NCBI GenBank assembly: GCA_965199955.1
Contig: CBDATQ010000002.1
Span: 1,088,001-1,152,000 of the forward strand
Direction of reading: 5' to 3'
Length of the DNA stretch: 64,000 nt
DNA from: Spirochaetia bacterium
Lineage (GTDB): Bacteria > Spirochaetota > Spirochaetia > SZUA-6 > Bin103
A program made the translations under genes and the position numbers. The stretch's first letter is position 1. Each line of letters begins with the position of its first letter. Positions 58,366 through 64,000 of the stretch are shown here, one piece after another. The notes under the pieces are model-generated. The model saw only the letters and a program-made list of their open reading frames with translations. It was not told the origin of the DNA and made no database searches.

Positions 58366-58461
58366 GTCCGCCACTTCGGCGGCTGGCTGTGGTTGCGCTG
58401 CGACGTGCGGGGCGACGCGCCGCGCGTGAAGCTGACGTTCTACTTGTCGCTCAAGGAGTGA
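58366..58461 (+). repeat. 96-bp imperfect direct repeat, copy 2 (orphan DUF6385 3' end)
   Basis: Ungapped match to 56620..56715 with about 9 substitutions; ends CGCTCAAGGAGTGA. Confidence 0.9.
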
Positions 58462-58480
58462 CCGCGCCGTAAGCCGGCAG

Positions 58481-58624
58481 CTACCACCCGAAGTGAAGCT
58501 CCGCCTTGACGACACTGCAGAGGCAGATCGATCCCGGCGTGTGGCCGAGCAGCCGCGCGGTAAGGTTGGTATCGGAACGATTGATCAGCGGTATGCAGAC
58601 GCTGGTGTCGAGCAGCCAGGTCAC
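58481..58624 (-). pseudogene. vapC: Truncated VapC/PIN toxin
   Basis: WLLDTSVCI...SVVKAELHFG then a stop at 47 aa; the C-terminal catalytic Asp residues are missing. Confidence 0.8.
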
Positions 58625-58842
58625 CGCAACGTCTCGACATCCTCGGGGGGCGGGTCGTCGGGCTCGACCAAGTCTGCGCTGCCGCGATGCAACAGATCCA
58701 CCAGGCTGCTGGGCCATTCCGTGACGCTCTCCCGGCGAACCAGGCGAGCGAGCCATGCCGAGAGGCTGCTGTTCTGTTCTTCTGCCCGCTTGCGCGCCGC
58801 ATCCAGCACGTCCTGGGGCAGGTATACCGTCACCTGTGCCAT
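58621..58842 (-). CDS. RHH/CopG-type antitoxin
   Basis: QVTVYLP.......RA.....SLSAW; acidic tail; overlaps the vapC start. Confidence 0.75.
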   Translation of the reverse strand: MAQVTVYLPQDVLDAARKRAEEQNSSLSAWLARLVRRESVTEWPSSLVDLLHRGSADLVEPDDPPPEDVETLR

Positions 58843-58877
58843 GGAGGAACTATACGTGGGCACGTATAGTTGGTCCA
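58843..58877 (-). promoter_or_regulatory. Toxin-antitoxin promoter with perfect palindromic operator
   Basis: TGGACC-N17-TATAGT-N6-ATG; AACTATACGTG-GG-CACGTATAGTT at 58848-58871. Confidence 0.75.
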
Positions 58878-58929
58878 AGCGTCTAACGCCGCACGCGTCG
58901 GAAAGCAGCGGCTCCTGCCGCTCGACGCC

Positions 58930-59203
58930 CAGCAGTGACTATGCAGCGGGACGCCGTCGCGATCGAGTGGCACGTAGTCGCACCCCCACGAGTCGACCGA
59001 CAGGCTGGCCAGCGCCGGCGCTGGCCTCTGCGGATCTCCGCCCAGAGTGCCTGCAGGTCCCAGGTGAGCCGCTCGCCATGCTCCCGCAGCGGTGTCGGAA
59101 AGCGATGCACCTCCTCCACGTCCAGCCGGGCGCCAGCAAGCGTGCCCAGCATCGCACGGCCGCTGCCGGCGCCCAGATCGAAAGCCAGGTGGGTACTTGC
59201 CAT
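58930..59203 (-). pseudogene. rhaB: Rhamnulokinase (FGGY kinase) N-terminal remnant
   Basis: LAFDLGAGSGR, EVHRF, WD...LW..I..G; a frameshift or deletion; SLSVDSWGCDYVPLD..G; the remainder is absent. Confidence 0.75.
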
Positions 59204-59247
59204 CGGAGACGCTGGCGTCGAGGGTACCGTGCGGGAGAGTATCTGAC

Positions 59248-60030
59248 ATGGCGACCGACAGTAGCAGGCGCCGCACCGCGGCCGTCACCGGGGGCGCGGC
59301 CGGCATCGGCCTGGCGACCTGCAGGGAGTTCCTGTGTCGAGGCATGGCCGTGGCGATCGTGGACCGCGACGCGGAGGCGGCACGGAAGACGGCGGAGGAG
59401 TTACGGGCCACGATGGCCGACGCAACGCAGAAGGTGGTTCCGGCGCCCGCCGACGTGCGCGACAGCGCCGCGGTGGACGCCGCCATCGCCGCGGCGGTCG
59501 AGGAGATGGGTGGACTGGACGTTCTGGTCAACTGCGCCGGCATCACCGACCGGGCGCCCGCGGCGGAGATGACCGATGCGTCGTGGTCCCGAATGTTGGA
59601 CGTCCACATGTCGGGCACGTTCCGGTGCTGCCGGGCCGCGTTCCCGGCGCTGCGCGATTCCGACACCGCCGCGATCGTCAACATGTCCTCGGTCGGCGCC
59701 CACTTGGGGTTCCCGCTGCGCGCCTCCTATTGTGCGGCCAAGAGCGGCATCGAGGCGCTGACGCGCTCGCTGGCCGTGGAGTGGGCAGCCCACGGCATCC
59801 GCGTCAACGCCGTCGCGCCAACCTGGGTGCGCACCGCGATCCTGGATGACGCGGTGGCCAGAGGCGTGCTGGACGAAGCCAAGATCAAGGCGATCACGCC
59901 GCTCGGGGGCGTCGTCGAACCGTTCGAGGTGGCCAAGGCGATCACCTTCCTGGCTTCACCCGACGCCCGCATGATTACGGGACAATCGTTGCTGATCGAC
60001 GGCGGCTTGGTGATCAACCCGCATGTCTGA
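59248..60030 (+). CDS. Short-chain dehydrogenase/reductase (SDR)
   Basis: TGGAAGIG, NCAG, YCAAK, NAVAP, IDGG. Confidence 0.92.
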   Translation: MATDSSRRRTAAVTGGAAGIGLATCREFLCRGMAVAIVDRDAEAARKTAEELRATMADATQKVVPAPADVRDSAAVDAAIAAAVEEMGGLDVLVNCAGITDRAPAAEMTDASWSRMLDVHMSGTFRCCRAAFPALRDSDTAAIVNMSSVGAHLGFPLRASYCAAKSGIEALTRSLAVEWAAHGIRVNAVAPTWVRTAILDDAVARGVLDEAKIKAITPLGGVVEPFEVAKAITFLASPDARMITGQSLLIDGGLVINPHV

Positions 60031-60423
60031 CTAGAGGACCTGAACGTCGGCGCGATGCCCGTGCGCCGTTCCAAGGCGGCTGTCGGCGGTTAGCAAAGGC
60101 GCGCCCAGCGCCTCGGCCAGCGCGACGTAGAGGGCGTCATAGGCGCCGATGCTGTGGCGCAATTCCCAGACCCGGCCAAGGAGCGGCCGGTGATCGTGCC
60201 GATGGATGACGAGGTCGCGCAGGATGCCCACCATCTCCGCGCCACGCTCCTGGTCGATGTCTCCCGCCAGGGCATACCTGCGGACCACGTGCGCGACCTC
60301 CGCATCGAGCAGGTGAGGGCTGTGCACGGTCGAGGTCGTCGCCTCGATGTGGGGTGTGACGCGGATGCCCGCCTCCGTACGCAGGAGCATCTCCACGATC
60401 ACGGAGGCATCGACCACGATCAC
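60031..60423 (-). CDS. vapC: VapC/PIN toxin
   Basis: VVDASV, EV, YDALYVALA, LLTAD. Confidence 0.9.
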   Translation of the reverse strand: MIVVDASVIVEMLLRTEAGIRVTPHIEATTSTVHSPHLLDAEVAHVVRRYALAGDIDQERGAEMVGILRDLVIHRHDHRPLLGRVWELRHSIGAYDALYVALAEALGAPLLTADSRLGTAHGHRADVQVL

Positions 60424-60650
60424 CGTTCGTCACGCGCCCGCCGCAAGGCTTCGACGACATCCTCTCGTGGGGTGACCGGCTCCAGTCGCTCGAGCCGAGC
60501 CGTCAGTTCCTGCGGCGTAGGCATCGACGCCTGCGCGGTGATTTGTTCGAGCAGATAGGCGGAAAGGGAGGTGCCGGCCATCGCCGCGCGCGCCTTGAGC
60601 TTGCGATGCAGCGACTCCGGTACGTTGCGGATCTGGATCATCTTATGCAT
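60420..60650 (-). CDS. FitA-like ribbon-helix-helix antitoxin
   Basis: IQIRNVPE.LHR.LK.RAA..G.SLS.YL; overlaps the vapC start. Confidence 0.85.
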   Translation of the reverse strand: MHKMIQIRNVPESLHRKLKARAAMAGTSLSAYLLEQITAQASMPTPQELTARLERLEPVTPREDVVEALRRARDER

Positions 60651-60685
60651 GTGAATAGCATGTACACATGCACATAGCATGTCAA
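60647..60685 (-). promoter_or_regulatory. Toxin-antitoxin promoter with repeated GCATGT/ACATGC operator boxes
   Basis: TTGACA-N17-CATGCT-N6-ATG; four GCATGT/ACATGC hexamers spaced about 8-11 bp apart. Confidence 0.7.
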
Positions 60686-60769
60686 TCGACGAAACCGCAT
60701 ATCTGTGGGCGCCCGGCGCGGATCGGCGATCCCTGGCGGTGCGCGGGGCGGTCGCGTACAGTCAACCTC

Positions 60770-62003
60770 ATGAGGGTCGTCTCGAAAGAAGTGTTCGTTC
60801 CGTCCCCCGGACCCGGCGTCGGGGTGACCGGCGGCGCCTACTACACCCGAGCCACCGGCCACGAGCTGGTGAGCGTGCACAGCCATCACTCGCGCTCGGA
60901 CACCGCCGACATCGCCCTGTTCCGCCGCTCCGCTGACGGCGGCGCGACCTGGGGAGCGGTGACCGAGGTGGCGACCGGTCAGCAGCGAGCCGGCGGCATG
61001 TGGCGGCGGTATCCGCGCGCCGGCCACGTCGACCCCGCCACCGACCGGTACGTCACCGTGCGCGTCGAGGGAGTGCTGCCCACCGACGAGCCGCTGGAGG
61101 GGATGCGGCAGTGGCAACTCCACTACGCGGTGTCGGAAGACGGCGGGCGTACCGACCTGGTCGACGAGCCGATCGTGCACGCCGGCAGCGACGAGGACGG
61201 CGTGGCGTTCGACCCGGACCACCCGCTGCCCGGCGTATGGCGCGGCCGGAACGGGGTGATGCTCGGCGACCTGACGTGCCTGCCGCTGACGCTGCGCGGC
61301 GGTCGCGATGCCGGCGACATCCTGGTGCCGTGTCAGATCTGCCCGGTGGGTCCGGACGGCACCTTCCTCAACAAGGGAGGCGGCTTCACCTTCCACGACT
61401 CGGCGGTGCTGCACGGGCGCTGGGTGGACGGAGGCCCTCGCCTGAGTTGGCGACTGTCCGAGCGCGTGATCGGCGACCCGGAGCGATCCACGCGTGGATT
61501 CCTGGAGGCGACCATCGCCGAGCTCGCGCCGGACCGCGTACTGATGGTGATGCGCGGCTCCAACGACGTGCGGCCGGAGCTGCCGGGCTATCGCTGGTAC
61601 GCCATCTCCGAGGACTGCGGCTGGACGTTCGGCGAGGTGCAGCCGTGGGCGGATACCTCGGGCGCGCCGCTCCACTCGCCCAGCGCCTGTTCGCAACTTC
61701 TCGACCATTCGGACGGCCGGCTGTTCTGGCTCGGCAACCTGTGCGCTGAAAACCCGCGTGGCAACAGCCCGCGCTACGATCGTGATCGCCGAGGTGGAGC
61801 GCGACACCGGCCTGGTCGTGCGCGACACGGTCACGACCATCGACGACCGCCAGCCGGGCGAGCTCGAACGGCTCACGCTGTCCAACTTCTACGCGCGCGA
61901 GGAGCGGGGCTCGGGCGACATCCTGCTCTACCTGCCGCGCTACTTTGCGCGCGAACGTTCCTTCACGGCTGACAACACGGTGTACCGGATCGCGGTGGCC
62001 TGA
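60770..62003 (+). pseudogene. BNR/Asp-box (sialidase-like) protein with a frameshift near 61778
   Basis: SADGGATW, SEDGGRT, SEDCGWT. GNSPRY continues as IVIAEV...IDDR...LSNF in another frame to the stop at 62003. Confidence 0.75.
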
Positions 62004-62021
62004 TCGGTTGTGTCTGAGCCG

Positions 62022-62402
62022 ATGAGCCCCGAGCACCCGCGGCTGCACGTGACGGCGAGGTCGTACCCCGAACTGCTTTCGCTCGACGAGCTGGCAGGCG
62101 AGGCCGCCTTCGCCGCGGCGCGCCACCGGTACCGCCGCCGTACGACCGGGACTACTACGGCACGAAGTTCCAGGACGGCCACCCCTACGTCGAGGCGGCC
62201 CTGCATGCCGACCGCGTGGTGCTGCTGACGCTGTTCTCCGTGGTGGCCGGCAGGCCGGCGGCGCCGGTCCGCTGGAAGGACGGCGACGGCGGATGGTCCC
62301 TTCACCGGGGCCGGGGACGTCACCGTCGCGCTGGATCGGGGCTCGCTGCGCGTGACCCGCGCGGACGGGGCCGGCTGGCGCGTGCCGCCTGGCGAAGCGT
62401 AG
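62022..62402 (+). pseudogene. Heavily deleted heparinase II/III-like gene
   Basis: N-terminus HPRL joined to HRY..PYDR...LLTLF...W, resembling the C-terminus of 63177..64000; shifts near 62140 and 62302. Confidence 0.55.
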
Positions 62403-62409
62403 CGCCCGT

Positions 62410-63180
62410 TCAGTCGACGTCGAGCAGGTATCGCATCGCCGGGGTCAGACGCGCGGCCGTTTCCGGCCGCAGATAGGCGCGCTGGTCGGTCTGCTGCGGT
62501 CGCTCGCGCACGTCGAAGAAGCAGTGCATGCCGCGCCGCCGGGCGCTGCCTGTGCGGTTGAGCGTCCCGCCGTGCCAGGTGAGCGAGTTGAACACCGCCA
62601 CGCTGCCGGCCGGGGCCTCCATCAGCTCCTGCTCCGCGTGCGGTGCGGTGGGGTCGTCCAGCAGGTCCTGCGGCCGGCCCAGGCGATGAGAGCCGGGAAC
62701 CAGGCGCGTGCAGCCGTTGTCGGCGGTGAAGTCGTCGAGCATCCAGATCGAGTTGCAGCCGGTCAGCGGGAGGGCGCGGCAGTCCGAGTCCTGGTGCAGC
62801 GCCTGCCGGCCCTCGCCCGGCAGAGCGTCGCGGGCGTTGAGGGAGGAGAGCCGAAACGGCGCGCCGATCACGTGGCGCACCGCCGCCAGCACCACGGGAT
62901 GCGACCAGACGCGGTCGAAGGCCCGCCCCTTGTTCACAAGGTCGGCCAGCCGCCGCGTGCCCGCTTCCTGATGCACCTCCAGGCCGGCGCGCTCTCCCTC
63001 CGCGGCGGTGAGCTCCTCGAACCTGGTGCGGAGCAGCTCCAGCCACGTGGCGTCGATGATGCCCGTGAAGAGGGCGAAGCCCTTGCGGGAGAGCTCCTCG
63101 CGCCGGCGTTCGCCAAGAACGCCCGGGTCGGACCCCAGCTCCGACAGGCAGCGCTCCATCGTCATGGCGGCCGTCATCAT
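62410..63180 (-). CDS. Phytanoyl-CoA dioxygenase (PhyH)-family Fe/2-oxoglutarate oxygenase
   Basis: LHQD, W.LDDFT..NG.T..VPGSH, WHGG..N, RR. Confidence 0.9.
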   Translation of the reverse strand: MMTAAMTMERCLSELGSDPGVLGERRREELSRKGFALFTGIIDATWLELLRTRFEELTAAEGERAGLEVHQEAGTRRLADLVNKGRAFDRVWSHPVVLAAVRHVIGAPFRLSSLNARDALPGEGRQALHQDSDCRALPLTGCNSIWMLDDFTADNGCTRLVPGSHRLGRPQDLLDDPTAPHAEQELMEAPAGSVAVFNSLTWHGGTLNRTGSARRRGMHCFFDVRERPQQTDQRAYLRPETAARLTPAMRYLLDVD

Positions 63181-64000
63181 GTCGCGAGCGGCACGCGCAC
63201 GTTGCCGCCGGCCGCCGAGGCGATCAGGTCCGTCGCGGAAACGGTGACCGCGGCGCCGGCATCCGCGATCCGCCAAGCGTCGCCGTCGCGCGCAGGCGGC
63301 CACGCCGGCGGGGTGTTGCCGGGGCGCACGACCAGGAACAGGGTCAGCAACCGCCAGCGGCCGTCGTTCGTCTCGGCCGCCACGAAGCTCTCCCGGCGCT
63401 GCTCCAGCGGCTCGTCCAGCCGGGTGCGATCGTAGGGCGCGTGGCACTGATGCTCGCCGCGCCGAAACGTGGCGGTGGAGCCTGCGAGCGCGCAGATCTG
63501 GCCGAGCAGGCGCACCGGGCCGCGCGGACCCGCGGCCTGCACCCGGAAGCAGCCGTCGGCGTCGATAGCGGCGCGGTCGGCGGTGTGCCACCGCAGCGTC
63601 ACCGACTCCGCGCGAGCAAGCTCGCACTCGTCCAGCACCGCGACCAGGTCCGGGAGCAGGTGGATCACGTGCCGGTGCACCCGCACCACGTCGCGGTAGG
63701 CGGCGGTGAGGTCGATCGACCACGCGGCTCCGTGCTCGTCGAAGGAGGCGTGCAGGAAGGTGCCCTCGAGCGGTTTCTCGAACCGCATCTCCCGGCCGCC
63801 GATCTGCAGCAGGTTGTGGCCTCTGACGCTGGCGTTGTAGTAGCGCGCGCGGGACTCGCCGAAGAAGTCGGCGGGGTAGGACGAGGGGGAGCCCAGATCG
63901 ATGATCAGCGGCGCTTCTCCGGCGTGGATGACGAGCTGCCCGTCGTCCTGGTGCTCGTGGATGGGTTCGCGGCCGGCCTTGCCGTGCACGACTACGGCGT
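63177..64000 (-). CDS. Heparinase II/III-like protein, 5' part outside the window
   Basis: H.H.D.G....., D.G...Y, GHN.L.I.G, DLTAAY, R.V......V.VLD. Confidence 0.75.
   Translation of the reverse strand, partial: AVVVHGKAGREPIHEHQDDGQLVIHAGEAPLIIDLGSPSSYPADFFGESRARYYNASVRGHNLLQIGGREMRFEKPLEGTFLHASFDEHGAAWSIDLTAAYRDVVRVHRHVIHLLPDLVAVLDECELARAESVTLRWHTADRAAIDADGCFRVQAAGPRGPVRLLGQICALAGSTATFRRGEHQCHAPYDRTRLDEPLEQRRESFVAAETNDGRWRLLTLFLVVRPGNTPPAWPPARDGDAWRIADAGAAVTVSATDLIASAAGGNVRVPLAT

Noticed and set aside
56620..58461. Diversity-generating retroelement template/variable repeat pair
   Set aside because: The substitutions are not adenine-specific (C>T, C>G and G>T are present) and there is no reverse transcriptase in the window.

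Overview
Very GC-rich bacterial chromosome segment. It is probably from a spirochaete; this is an inference from the comEC-rsmA adjacency, a bactofilin and the N-termini of the solute-binding proteins. Positions 1-12.1 kb are mostly intact core-like genes: M32 carboxypeptidase, Pta-N-like protein, fabZ with a serine palmitoyltransferase-like enzyme, TlpA, comEC, rsmA, prephenate dehydrogenase, bactofilin, a candidate 6S-like structured RNA and tRNA-Lys(UUU). Downstream of the tRNA lies about 52 kb of accessory catabolic DNA. It holds sulfatases, ThDP enzyme, ADH, Ldh2 and DapA-family enzymes, two ABC importers lacking ATPase genes, three GHL10-like proteins, BNR and GH32-like propellers, a tandem pair of oligogalacturonate-lyase-like genes, a DUF6772/DUF6385-like pair and heparinase-like genes. 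It also has three PIN toxin-antitoxin loci and a complete IS1634 with a 6-bp target duplication. About 14 loci are frameshifted, truncated or internally deleted remnants, nearly all in the accessory part. The most notable observations are the SPT-like/fabZ operon, the ~130-nt rod-shaped RNA, a recurring leaderless promoter architecture (TANNNT 5-7 nt before the start codon), a gene bracketed by 96-bp direct repeats, and a 4-Cys insert in a sugar-binding protein. No CRISPR array, reverse transcriptase or integrase was seen. All family calls come from motif recognition by eye, not database searches.
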